From the NCBI GenBank assembly GCA_946414075.1, contig CAMKNA010000008.1:7687-71686 (forward strand): a DNA stretch of 64,000 nt. The letters run 5' to 3'. Positions 1 through 9,287 of the stretch are shown piece by piece (position 1 is the first letter of the stretch; each line of letters opens with the position of its first letter). Below the pieces are notes generated by a model. That model made no database searches, was not told the origin of the DNA, and was given only the letters and a program-made list of their open reading frames with translations. The position numbers and the translations under genes were made by a program. The DNA is from an uncultured Fibrobacter sp. (GTDB taxonomy: Bacteria > Fibrobacterota > Fibrobacteria > Fibrobacterales > Fibrobacteraceae).

Positions 1-1318
1 CAAGGCCCAGAGGAACAACCCGCTTTCTGTGCGTGACCTGCTCCAGGCCATCCGTATCGCTCCTGCCCATGTGTTCGAGCCGCTCATCGCAGAGAAGGGC
101 TTGGACGAAGTGAAGAAGCTCACCATGGACAAGAATCCCGTGGTCTCCGGCCCCTACAACATCATGTCGGCCGACCCGAACAAGATTATCCTTCTGCGTC
201 GTGACGACTACTGGGGCAATGCCGCCTTGCACGATGGCAAGCTTCCCGCTCCCAAGTATGTGGTCCACCCGATCTACAAGAGCAACGATGCCAACACTAT
301 CGCTCTCACCACGGGTAACCTGGATGCTTCCATGAGCTTCGTGACCCGCATTTGGCGCAAGCGTGGCGTGCATACCTGGTTCAACGAGCCGCCTTACTTT
401 GCTCCGGGTGCCATGCCCATGCTCATGATCAACACCATGAAGGAGCCGCTCAACGACAAGCGCTTCCGCAGGGCCCTTGCCACGGCTATCGACTATACAG
501 CTATCCGCCAGTTCGCCGTGTCGAACTACACTTCCACCCTGAAGCCGGGCCTTATCATGCCCACGGACCTGGAAGGCAAGTTCATCAACGACGAAGACAC
601 CCAGAAGTACGGCGTGAACCTGGGGATTACCGACGAGAACGAGCGTCTGAATACGGTGAAGAAGATGCTTTCTGAAGCTGGCTACAAGTCTGTCTGGAAG
701 AACGACGGGACCCTTGACCACATGGAAAATGCCCGTGGCGAAAAGCTCCCCACGCTCTACATCACAAGCCCTGCCGGTTGGACCGACTGGGAAGCCATGG
801 TGACCATCGCCGTGGAAGGTATGCGTAAGGCCGGTATCGATGTGCGTGAAGGCTTTGTGGATGGCGGTCAGTACTGGCCTGCCAAGGGAACGGGTAACTT
901 CGACCTGTTGATGGACAAGCCGTCTGCCGACGTTTCTCCGTCTCTGCCCTGGAGCCGCTTCAACGAAGTCATGTCTAGCCGTGACTGGCAGCCGCTGGGT
1001 GCCTGGGCCGGCACAAACATCGGCCGTTACAACCAGCCGGGCACTCCTGAGTTCCGCCCCGAAGTGGACCAGCTCATGTCTGCCATCCCGCTGATGACCG
1101 ACCCCGAAGAAATTGCCAAAGCCTATCGCGAACTCAACAAGATTTTCATGGAAGACCAGCCTTCCATTCCGCTGGTCTACCTGCCCGAACAGTTCTACGA
1201 ATTCAGCGACCGTGTGTGGACGAACTGGCCGACCGCCGAGAATCCCTACGCTCCTCCGCAGCTCCCGTGGATTGCCTCTGGCACCAAGATTCTTTGGAAC
1301 TTAAAGCTTGCTAAATAA
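1..1318 (+). CDS. ABC transporter substrate-binding protein, family 5 (OppA fold), probably oligosaccharide-binding; 5' end lies outside the window
   Basis: Frame is open from the window edge. SGPY, PLNDKRFRRALATAID, PAGWTDW and WTNWPTAENPY motifs resemble Thermotoga-type sugar-binding family-5 SBPs. First gene of an oppABCDF-like run. Confidence 0.9.
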   Translation, partial: KAQRNNPLSVRDLLQAIRIAPAHVFEPLIAEKGLDEVKKLTMDKNPVVSGPYNIMSADPNKIILLRRDDYWGNAALHDGKLPAPKYVVHPIYKSNDANTIALTTGNLDASMSFVTRIWRKRGVHTWFNEPPYFAPGAMPMLMINTMKEPLNDKRFRRALATAIDYTAIRQFAVSNYTSTLKPGLIMPTDLEGKFINDEDTQKYGVNLGITDENERLNTVKKMLSEAGYKSVWKNDGTLDHMENARGEKLPTLYITSPAGWTDWEAMVTIAVEGMRKAGIDVREGFVDGGQYWPAKGTGNFDLLMDKPSADVSPSLPWSRFNEVMSSRDWQPLGAWAGTNIGRYNQPGTPEFRPEVDQLMSAIPLMTDPEEIAKAYRELNKIFMEDQPSIPLVYLPEQFYEFSDRVWTNWPTAENPYAPPQLPWIASGTKILWNLKLAK

Positions 1319-1329
1319 AAGGACGACAA

Positions 1330-2715
1330 ATGCTTAAACAATATCCTATGTTGCGCTATGTCCTGCAGAAGGGATTCTGGTATCTCTTGACGTTTGTTGT
1401 CGCCGTGGCGATTAACTTTACGTTGCCCCGTATGGGTGAGAACAACCCCGTGGACATCATTATGGGTAAGGCCGCCCAGGGCCTTTCGCCCGAAGAAGCC
1501 AAGCTCAAGAAAGAAGGCCTGCTCAAGGCTTTTGGTATGGCCGAGCTGGATGACCAGGGCAATGTGATTTACGACCCCGAAGTCGATGCCAATGGCCAGA
1601 TGATCACGGTCAAGGTGGCTAAGCTCGACGAGAACGGCGCCCCCGTCCTGAAGACGGTCAAGGACACCGATGCCGAAGGCAACCCGGTGATGCTTGAACG
1701 CCAGGTGGTCGATGCTGAAGGCAATCCCGTGTTCGAGGAAAAGCCGGTGCTCGACGAGAAGGGCAAGCCCGTGATGGAAAAGGATCCCAAGACCAAGAAG
1801 AAGGTGGCCAAGGTGGAACAGGTGCCTGTCATGGAACAGTACCAGTCCGAACACCAGGACACCGTCATGGTGGACGAGGTGGTGAAAAAGGCCGACCCTC
1901 GCCTTGCTTCTGGATTCTCCCAGTTCCTGGTCTACATCAGGAATGTTTTCAAGGGTGACCTGGGTATCTCCTATAGCCAGTACCCGAAGCCGGTGGTGGA
2001 CATCATCAAGGAATCCGTTCCTTGGACGCTTCTCATCCAGGCGCCGACCATTATCCTTGGCTGGATTATCGGTAACCTGCTGGGTGCCTTCGCTGCCTAC
2101 AAGCGCGGCATCTTCGACAAGGTGTTCTTCCCCTGCGCCATGTTCCTGAACGGTGTGCCGTACTTCGTGTTCGGTATGCTCCTGGTGGCCATGTTCTCCA
2201 TCACGCTCGGCTGGTTCCCGGCTATGGGTGCTTACAGCTCCGACATTCCGGAACTCACCTTCTCCTGGACCTGCATCAAGAGCGTCGCTTGGTACTACAT
2301 CCTCCCGTTCTTCAGCTGCTTCCCGATTCTTCTTTCGGGTCAGGCAACGGGTATGCGCTCCATGTCGATTTATGAACTCGGTACTGACTACATGAAGTAC
2401 GCCAAGTGGCTCGGTCTTCGCGAAGGCAAGATCATCAGCTACGTGTTCCGTAACGCTATGCTCCCGCAGCTCACCGGTCTTGCCCAGTCCCTGGGTGCCA
2501 TGGTGGGTGGCGCACTCATTACCGAAATGATCTTCTCTTATCCGGGCCTCGGTATGGCTATGCTCAACGCCATCCAGAAGAACGACTACGCAACGATTCA
2601 GGGTTGTACGCTCATGATTTCGACCTGCGTGCTCGTGGCTAACTACGCCGTTGACGTGCTCATCGCCGTGTTCGATCCGCGCGTGAAGGCCGGTCTCCAA
2701 ATGGGAGGTAAGTAA
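1330..2715 (+). CDS. ABC permease (OppB-like) with a long repetitive extracytoplasmic insertion
   Basis: INFTLPRMGENNP N-terminus, GDLGISY, EAA-loop equivalent DYMKYAKWLGL, TEMIFSYPGLG. SD AAGGA at 1319. Confidence 0.92.
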   Translation: MLKQYPMLRYVLQKGFWYLLTFVVAVAINFTLPRMGENNPVDIIMGKAAQGLSPEEAKLKKEGLLKAFGMAELDDQGNVIYDPEVDANGQMITVKVAKLDENGAPVLKTVKDTDAEGNPVMLERQVVDAEGNPVFEEKPVLDEKGKPVMEKDPKTKKKVAKVEQVPVMEQYQSEHQDTVMVDEVVKKADPRLASGFSQFLVYIRNVFKGDLGISYSQYPKPVVDIIKESVPWTLLIQAPTIILGWIIGNLLGAFAAYKRGIFDKVFFPCAMFLNGVPYFVFGMLLVAMFSITLGWFPAMGAYSSDIPELTFSWTCIKSVAWYYILPFFSCFPILLSGQATGMRSMSIYELGTDYMKYAKWLGLREGKIISYVFRNAMLPQLTGLAQSLGAMVGGALITEMIFSYPGLGMAMLNAIQKNDYATIQGCTLMISTCVLVANYAVDVLIAVFDPRVKAGLQMGGK

Positions 2716-2717
2716 TT

Positions 2718-3563
2718 ATGTTGAAACTCTTAAGAAACCTTCTCAAGTCCCCGATGTTCGTCATCGGTATCTCGATCTTCGTGCTCACGCTCCTGATCGC
2801 ACTCTTTGGACCGATCTTCTACAGCGTCGATACTCACGCCCGTGACATTCTCGCTGGTCCGTATGCAGGTTCTTCTTCTGAACACCTGCTCGGTACAGAC
2901 CACCTTGGTCGTGACTATGTGTCCCTGTTGATCGCTGGCCTCCGCAGCTCTCTCTATGTGGGCTTTGTGGCCGGTATCATCGCTACCACGATCGGTGTGC
3001 TTATCGGTCTGTTCGGCGGTTTCCGCGGCGGATGGATTGACGAAGTGCTGAACATGCTCACCAACATCTTCATCGTGATTCCGCAGTTCGTGATTCTCGT
3101 GCTTATCAGCTCTGCTGTTAAGGACGGTCGTTCCCTGACGCTGATTGGTCTTATCATCGGCCTTACGGCTTGGAGCTGGTCTGCCCGTGCGGTGCGTGCC
3201 CAGGCTTCTTCGCTGCGTAGCCGTGACCATATCTCCCTTGCCAAGATTAACGGCGCAAGCACCCTGAACATCGTGATTAAGCATGTGCTTCCGTACCTGC
3301 TCTCCTATGTGTTCATGGTGTTCATTATGCAGGTGTCCTCCGGTATCCTTTCCGAAGCCTCCATCTCCATGATTGGCCTTGGTCCTCTGGATTCCACTTC
3401 CTTGGGCATCATCCTGAACCAGGCGAAGGACAACGGCGCCCTTTCCGATGGTATCTGGATTGCCTTCTTGCCTGCCACCATCATCATTACCTTGACGGTG
3501 TTTGCGTTGTTCCTGATTAATACTTCCATGGAAGGCGTCTTTAACCCGCGTCTTCGCAAGTAG
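2718..3563 (+). CDS. ABC permease (OppC-like)
   Basis: HLLGTDHLGRD motif, EAA region DHISLAKINGAS, multiple TM helices. Confidence 0.93.
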   Translation: MLKLLRNLLKSPMFVIGISIFVLTLLIALFGPIFYSVDTHARDILAGPYAGSSSEHLLGTDHLGRDYVSLLIAGLRSSLYVGFVAGIIATTIGVLIGLFGGFRGGWIDEVLNMLTNIFIVIPQFVILVLISSAVKDGRSLTLIGLIIGLTAWSWSARAVRAQASSLRSRDHISLAKINGASTLNIVIKHVLPYLLSYVFMVFIMQVSSGILSEASISMIGLGPLDSTSLGIILNQAKDNGALSDGIWIAFLPATIIITLTVFALFLINTSMEGVFNPRLRK

Positions 3564-3575
3564 GAGGTTCAAAAA

Positions 3576-4577
3576 ATGTCTGAAAATGTATTTGAAGTCG
3601 ATAACCTGAGCCTCTACTACTTGGGCCGCTTTGGCGACAAGACCCATGCGGTGACCAATGTCAGCTTCTCCATGAAGCAGGGCGAAATCCTGGGCATTGC
3701 CGGTGAATCCGGCTGCGGTAAGTCCACCCTGGTGTCCGGCCTTATGGGCATGTGCATCCCGCCTCTCTATCCGGAAGGCGACGGTGATGTGCGCGTGAAG
3801 AGCGGCGACAAGATGGAATCCCTGATGAACCGCTCCATCGAGGATGTGCGTAAGAACGTGCTGGCCCAGAAGGTTTCCATGATTCCCCAGGGCGCCTTTA
3901 ACGCCCTGAACCCGGTCCGCAAGATTAAGGATATCGCCGCCGACGTGATTGGCGCCCACCAGCAGCCCGGTAAGCATTTGGACAAGAAGGAAGTCTACGA
4001 CCGCCTTTGCGAGCGCTTCGACCTGTTCGGCATGGACACCAAGCGCGTGCTGGATTCTTATCCGATTCAGCTTACCGCCGGTGAACGCCAGCGTTCCGTG
4101 ATCGGTATTTCTACGCTTTTGAACCCCCAGATGGTGATTGCCGACGAACCCACTTCCGCTCTGGATGTTTCTACCCAGAAAGAAGTGATTAAGTTGATCT
4201 TTGACCTTTTGGACAAGGGCATCTTTAGCACCATGATTTTCATTACCCACGAACTTCCGCTGCTGTACCATGTGGCCGACAATATCGCTATCATGTACGC
4301 CGGTGAATTCGTGGAGAAGGGCACTGCAGAACAGGTGGTGAAGGACCCCCGTCACCCCTACACCCAGGCTCTGATGGGCGCTATGCTCAGTACCGAGGCC
4401 AGCCAGCGTAACCGCCATCCGGTGGCTATCGAAGGTGCACCTCCGAGCCTGCGTAACAAGATTACGGGTTGCCGTTTTGCCGACCGTTGCAAAAAGGCAT
4501 GTCCCGACTGCAAGAAGAATACCCAGAACCTCCGCGTTGTCGGTGGTCGTGATGTGAGGTGCGATTATGCTGAGTGA
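3576..4577 (+). CDS. ABC ATP-binding subunit (OppD-like) with C-terminal Cys cluster
   Basis: Walker A GESGCGKS, Walker B IADEPT, HPYT, C-terminal CRFADRC..C..C; SD GGAGG. Confidence 0.93.
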   Translation: MSENVFEVDNLSLYYLGRFGDKTHAVTNVSFSMKQGEILGIAGESGCGKSTLVSGLMGMCIPPLYPEGDGDVRVKSGDKMESLMNRSIEDVRKNVLAQKVSMIPQGAFNALNPVRKIKDIAADVIGAHQQPGKHLDKKEVYDRLCERFDLFGMDTKRVLDSYPIQLTAGERQRSVIGISTLLNPQMVIADEPTSALDVSTQKEVIKLIFDLLDKGIFSTMIFITHELPLLYHVADNIAIMYAGEFVEKGTAEQVVKDPRHPYTQALMGAMLSTEASQRNRHPVAIEGAPPSLRNKITGCRFADRCKKACPDCKKNTQNLRVVGGRDVRCDYAE

Positions 4578-5376
4578 TAAGCCTGTTGTATTTTCTGCCA
4601 AGCGCATTAGCAAGGACTTTGGCGCCGGCAAGACCTTGAAGACCGCCGTGAAGGATGTTTCCTTCGACATCTATGACGAAGAATTCATCTCTATCGTGGG
4701 CGGCTCCGGTTGCGGCAAGTCCGTGCTCGCCAAGATCATGCTCGGCCTCTACGAACCCACCCGCGGCCAGTTCCTTTACAGGGATCACAAGATCAAGAAC
4801 CTGAAGGACCACTGGAACGAGGTTCAGTTTGTGTTCCAGGACCCGTTTGGATGCTTCAACCAGTTCTTTACGATTCGTAGCCAGCTGGAAGATGCCCTGA
4901 ACGTGCTCAAGAAGAAGCCCTCCAAGGAAGAAGTCCGCCGCCGCGTGGACGAAGGCCTGATGGCTGTGAACGTGAAGCCCGAAGATATCGAAGGCAAGTA
5001 CCCGTTCGAACTTTCCGGCGGTCAGATGCAGCGTATGCTCTTGGCCCGTATCTTCGCTCTCCGTCCGAAGGTCTTGATCGCTGACGAAGCCACCTCCATG
5101 GTGGACGCCTGCGTGCGTGCCAACATCCTCGATTACCTCCGCAAGTTGAAAGACGAGCTGAAGATGACCGTGGTGTTCGTGACCCACGATATCGGCCTTG
5201 CCAACTATGTTTCGGACCGTATCTTCATTATGCACGACGGTAAGATTGTGAACCAGGGTACTCCGGCAGAAGTGCTGGACAACACCACTGAGCCGCATAC
5301 GCTCCGCCTGCTGGACGACATCCCGGAAGTCCACAAGACCGAATGGATCAAGAACAGCCATCGTTCTAAGAAGTAG
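4567..5376 (+). CDS. ABC ATP-binding subunit (OppF-like)
   Basis: GGSGCGKS, LSGGQ, LIADE, THD; overlaps the previous gene by 11 bp. Confidence 0.92.
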   Translation: MLSDKPVVFSAKRISKDFGAGKTLKTAVKDVSFDIYDEEFISIVGGSGCGKSVLAKIMLGLYEPTRGQFLYRDHKIKNLKDHWNEVQFVFQDPFGCFNQFFTIRSQLEDALNVLKKKPSKEEVRRRVDEGLMAVNVKPEDIEGKYPFELSGGQMQRMLLARIFALRPKVLIADEATSMVDACVRANILDYLRKLKDELKMTVVFVTHDIGLANYVSDRIFIMHDGKIVNQGTPAEVLDNTTEPHTLRLLDDIPEVHKTEWIKNSHRSKK

Positions 5377-5391
5377 CGATTGTTTTCGAAC

Positions 5392-5420
5392 ATCATCCTG
5401 GAGCGTAGCGACGGGATCCA
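5392..5420 (+). repeat. REP-like palindromic element (CGTC/GTCA class)
   Basis: ATCATCCTGGAGCGTAGCGACGGGATCCA, similar to 56454-56486. Confidence 0.65.
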
Positions 5421-5451
5421 TGCTGTTCGTTAAGCTGTCGAAAAAATATTG

Positions 5452-5481
5452 AAAAGCCGTAGCTTTCGCTGCGGTTTTTTT
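5452..5481 (+). terminator. Intrinsic terminator of the ABC operon
   Basis: AAAAGCCGTAGC-TTTC-GCTGCGGTTTTTTT hairpin plus U tract. Confidence 0.85.
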
Positions 5482-5550
5482 GTCAAGAAATGTAAACTTT
5501 TTTAGAAAAAAAGAGTATTTTTATTAGGGTGTTTTAAAGGGAGGTTGGAA

Positions 5551-6870
5551 ATGAAACAGATTCTATGGACATCGGTACTGTCCTTGATGGTTGCTGCTTG
5601 CCTCACGGCTTGCGGTGATTCGTCCAGCGGCTCGTCTTACGATATCCCCAGCTACAAGAGCGCGAAGGACCTGCCCGGTTCCTGTGCTATGGAAGTCGCC
5701 CAGGTGGATACTGCCTACTACGCCTGTTTCGAGAACAAGTGGGTGCCGGTGACGGATAGCGCTACCATTAAACAGCTCAAGGACGATCTGGACGAAAAGG
5801 AAATAAAGAAGATGCTTGAAGAACTTGAGGACCTGCAGGCCAATAGTTCTAGCTCTACCAAGAAAAAGAAGAAATCGACCAGTAGTTCCTCTGGCACAAA
5901 AAAGACCAATGGCAGCAGCGCTAGTGGCAGCAATGGTGGTAGCGATGACGACGAAGGCATCGACGACGAAGATGCCTGCGAAGACTGCAATTTTGACGAT
6001 GACGACGATGATGACGATGGTAGTGGTGACGGCGATGAAGACATGAGTTCCAGCAGTGAGGAAGAGGAAGTCATCGACTGCATTGGCAAGACAGCAAAGG
6101 CCGCAGATAAGCAGATCATGAGCGTCACCGTCGATGGCAAGAAGCGCACCTTCATTATGCATGTGCCTAGCGCCTACAAGGGCGACAAGGCTGTGCCGCT
6201 GGTTGTGGACTATCATCCCATTGGGGGATCCGGTGAAAAGCAGATGAGCGACACAAAATATAAGTCACAGACAGACCCCGAAGGTGTGATTACGCTTTAT
6301 CCCGATGGTACCAGCAAACCGGGTGGAATGGGCCCTGGCTGGAATGTTGGTCCTTGTTGCTCCAACGATGATGATACCACATTCACTCGCGAAATGATTA
6401 ATATGGTCGAAGAAATCGCCTGTATCGACCCCAAGCGCGTGTATGCAACCGGCTTTCATATTGGCGGAGGCATGGCACACCATGTGGCGTGCTTTATGGC
6501 AGATGTTTTTGCCGCCGTGGCTCCGGCAGCCATGGACCTGAACAAGACCAATAGCGCCAAGTGTAATCCCGCTCGCCCTATCTCTATCATCATGTTCCGC
6601 GGAAAGAAAGACAATGTCTGCAAGTACATAGGTGGCGATAGTGAATTCAACGACGGCTTGAATTTCTTGGGTGCTGAAGATAACTTCAGGTTCTGGGCCG
6701 AAAAGAACGGATGCACGGGCTCACCGACGACTAATTCCGACGGTTGCATGGAATACTCCAAATGCAAGGGCGGTACGAAGGTTGTGCTTTGCGCCAAGGA
6801 AGATGGCGGCACCGAACAGGGTGACGCCAAAATCGGCTGGCCGTTCCTGAAGCAGTTCAAACTGCCGTAA
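5551..6870 (+). CDS. Lipoprotein with acidic linker and C-terminal LpqC/PHB-depolymerase/CE1-like alpha/beta-hydrolase domain, catalytic residues apparently substituted
   Basis: Lipobox LTAC; poly-K/poly-D linker; PLVVDYH, WNVGPCC, IDPKRVYATGFHIGGGM, FAAVAPAA. SD GGAGG before ATG 5551. Confidence 0.85.
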   Translation: MKQILWTSVLSLMVAACLTACGDSSSGSSYDIPSYKSAKDLPGSCAMEVAQVDTAYYACFENKWVPVTDSATIKQLKDDLDEKEIKKMLEELEDLQANSSSSTKKKKKSTSSSSGTKKTNGSSASGSNGGSDDDEGIDDEDACEDCNFDDDDDDDDGSGDGDEDMSSSSEEEEVIDCIGKTAKAADKQIMSVTVDGKKRTFIMHVPSAYKGDKAVPLVVDYHPIGGSGEKQMSDTKYKSQTDPEGVITLYPDGTSKPGGMGPGWNVGPCCSNDDDTTFTREMINMVEEIACIDPKRVYATGFHIGGGMAHHVACFMADVFAAVAPAAMDLNKTNSAKCNPARPISIIMFRGKKDNVCKYIGGDSEFNDGLNFLGAEDNFRFWAEKNGCTGSPTTNSDGCMEYSKCKGGTKVVLCAKEDGGTEQGDAKIGWPFLKQFKLP

Positions 6871-6918
6871 CAGGGCCTGATGCTGCGGCTTGTTTCTTGC
6901 TGAAAACAGTAAATATCC

Positions 6919-6946
6919 AAAAAAGCCCCCTTTGCGGGGCTTTTTT
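6919..6946 (+). terminator. Intrinsic terminator (potentially bidirectional)
   Basis: AAAAAAGCCCC-CTTTGC-GGGGCTTTTTT. Confidence 0.8.
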
Positions 6947-6961
6947 ACATATATTCAGGGT

Positions 6962-8734
6962 ATGAATATTCATAAGAATGCTATGGCCAAAGTTTGTGCG
7001 GTGGCTTTTGCCGCCGTCCCGTTTTATTTGACCCCTGCCTCTGCGGGGCCTCTGATGAACCAGCTGGGCTACGCCCCTGAAGCCGAGAAGCAGGTGGTGA
7101 TTCCCGGTAACGACGCCAACGGTCTGGAAGTCCGAGACCTGAAGGGGAAAACCGTTTTGAAGCTGAAGGCCCCAAATGTGGGTGAGTGGGAGTACAGTGG
7201 CGAAGAGACCCAGGTGTTCGATATTTCTGCAGTAAAGGCTCCTGGCACCTACCGCCTGTTCCGCAATGGTGAGTACCTGGGGAACCCCATTACGGTGGGC
7301 AAGAATGTCTACGAAGGCGTTACCAAGGCGAGCCTCAAGTGGTTCTATTACCAGCGGGCCAGCATGCCCCTGGAAGCTCCTTACGCTGACAAGTGGGTCC
7401 GTGCGGCGGGCCACATGGACGATAAGGTTATCGTCTACGGTACCGACAAGGCCACAGGCGGAAAGGGGGCTGGTAAGGTCATCAAGTCCCCTCGCGGGTG
7501 GTACGACGCCGGCGACTATGGCAAGTACATCGTGAATTCGGGCATTACGGTGTGGACTCTCCTGGATCTGTACGAGAAGTTCCCCAAGTTTGCCGATACG
7601 CTGAGCTGGGATGTGCCGAGGGAATTCCCGAAGCTGCCCCTGCTCTTGGAAGAGGTCCGCTATAACCTGGACTGGATGCTCACTATGCAGGACAAGGACG
7701 GCGGTATCTTCCATAAGGTTTCGACCCTGAAGTTCTGCGGGAGTGTTTCTCCTGAGAAGGATACGGCTCCCCGCTATGCTGTTTTGAAGAGCGTTACGGC
7801 AGCTCTGGACTTTGCGGGCGTGATGGCCCAGGCCAGCGTGGTATACCGGAGTTTTGACAAGGCCTATGCCGACAAGATGCTCAAGGCGGCTGAGAATGCC
7901 TACGCCTGGGCAAAGAAGAACCCTGAGATGTTCTACAAGCAGCCTGCCGATGTGCAGACGGGCAGTTACGCCCCAGGTAACGAAGACGGAAAGGACGAGT
8001 TCCGCTTTGCTGCTGCGGAGCTTTACAATGCGAAGGTGGTCGCCGGCGCAGACCCGAAAACGGACAAGGCCGCTGCCGCCTACTTGCAAGACCTGAAGGA
8101 AAATCCCTTTACGCCTAATGGCGCCTGGTGGGGTGACATGAATATGATTTCTGCCTTCCGTGTAGCGCACGCGCCCAAGGTGTTTGGCGATTCCCTTGCA
8201 GAGGCCGCCAAGAAGGTGGTGTTGAACGAGGCTAACAACTTGCGCGCTGTGGGCGATACCAGTGCTTACCGCCTGCCCGCATTCCCCTGGAGTTGGAACT
8301 GGGGCAGCAACAGCGCCATGGCAAATAATGGCATTGTGCTGGTTCAGGCCTACCTTTTGACGGGCGACAAGAGTTACCTGGATGGCGCGCAGCAGTGCCT
8401 GGATTACTTGCTGGGCAAGAATCCCATGGACATGACTTATGTGACGGGATTTGGTTACAGGAGCCCCCGCAATCCGCATCATCGCCCCAGCGAATCGGAT
8501 TTCGTGGATGACCCGGTGCCTGGCATGCTGGTAGGCGGGCCTCACCTGGGTAAGCAGGATATCGATTTGGACGGCACGCAGCATTGGAAGTGCCCGAACT
8601 ATGCTTCTGCCGACAAGCCTGCTCTGGCCTACTTGGATGACCGCTGCAGCTACGCGACCAACGAGGTGGCTATCAACTGGAATGCGCCCCTGGCTTTTTT
8701 GGCGGGCGCCCTCCAGGCGATTTATAATAAGTAA
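6962..8734 (+). CDS. GH9 endoglucanase with N-terminal Ig-like domain and signal peptide
   Basis: NQLGY, GWYDAGDYGKY, PHHRPS, YATNEVAINWNAP catalytic motifs. Start placed at 6962 because the ORF-track extension overlaps the terminator. Confidence 0.95.
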   Translation: MNIHKNAMAKVCAVAFAAVPFYLTPASAGPLMNQLGYAPEAEKQVVIPGNDANGLEVRDLKGKTVLKLKAPNVGEWEYSGEETQVFDISAVKAPGTYRLFRNGEYLGNPITVGKNVYEGVTKASLKWFYYQRASMPLEAPYADKWVRAAGHMDDKVIVYGTDKATGGKGAGKVIKSPRGWYDAGDYGKYIVNSGITVWTLLDLYEKFPKFADTLSWDVPREFPKLPLLLEEVRYNLDWMLTMQDKDGGIFHKVSTLKFCGSVSPEKDTAPRYAVLKSVTAALDFAGVMAQASVVYRSFDKAYADKMLKAAENAYAWAKKNPEMFYKQPADVQTGSYAPGNEDGKDEFRFAAAELYNAKVVAGADPKTDKAAAAYLQDLKENPFTPNGAWWGDMNMISAFRVAHAPKVFGDSLAEAAKKVVLNEANNLRAVGDTSAYRLPAFPWSWNWGSNSAMANNGIVLVQAYLLTGDKSYLDGAQQCLDYLLGKNPMDMTYVTGFGYRSPRNPHHRPSESDFVDDPVPGMLVGGPHLGKQDIDLDGTQHWKCPNYASADKPALAYLDDRCSYATNEVAINWNAPLAFLAGALQAIYNK

Positions 8735-8744
8735 TTTTCCTTTT

Positions 8745-9284
8745 ATGGAAGAACAAATCGACATCCTGAACCCTGACGGCAGTCCGACGGGGTATTCCTG
8801 CGGGCGTACAGAGGTTCACGCCAAAGGACTTTGGCACCGCACGGTCCACATTTGGGCATTCGATGGAAAGGGCCGCGTGCTTTTCCAGCTTCGCAGCCAC
8901 CTGAAGGAGAACAACCCGAACCTTCTGGACACTAGTTGCGCGGGCCATATCTCTGCCGGAGACGGAAGCCAGAATGCGGCTATTCGTGAACTAGGAGAAG
9001 AGCTGGGCCTCACCAAGAAAAAAGAAGACTTGGAATACCTTTTTGAATCCACCCACGAAAGCGTGTTGAACGGCGGAACCTATTTTGACAACGAATACTA
9101 TGATGTGTACAAAATAACGCTTGCCGATGAGGAAGCGGCCCATCTGGTGCCGCAGCCTGGCGAGGTGGATGATTTCGTGTGGATGACGGTGGGGGAATTC
9201 TTGGAGTTGCATGGCGCCCACCCCGAAAGGTTCGTAAGCCATCCGAAGGATTACAACTGGCTTGCAAGTATTGCTAAATTATAG
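8745..9284 (+). CDS. NUDIX hydrolase (IDI-like subfamily)
   Basis: HAKGLWHRTVHIW, GHISAGD..AAIRELGEELGL Nudix box. Confidence 0.9.
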   Translation: MEEQIDILNPDGSPTGYSCGRTEVHAKGLWHRTVHIWAFDGKGRVLFQLRSHLKENNPNLLDTSCAGHISAGDGSQNAAIRELGEELGLTKKKEDLEYLFESTHESVLNGGTYFDNEYYDVYKITLADEEAAHLVPQPGEVDDFVWMTVGEFLELHGAHPERFVSHPKDYNWLASIAKL

Positions 9285-9287
9285 CCC

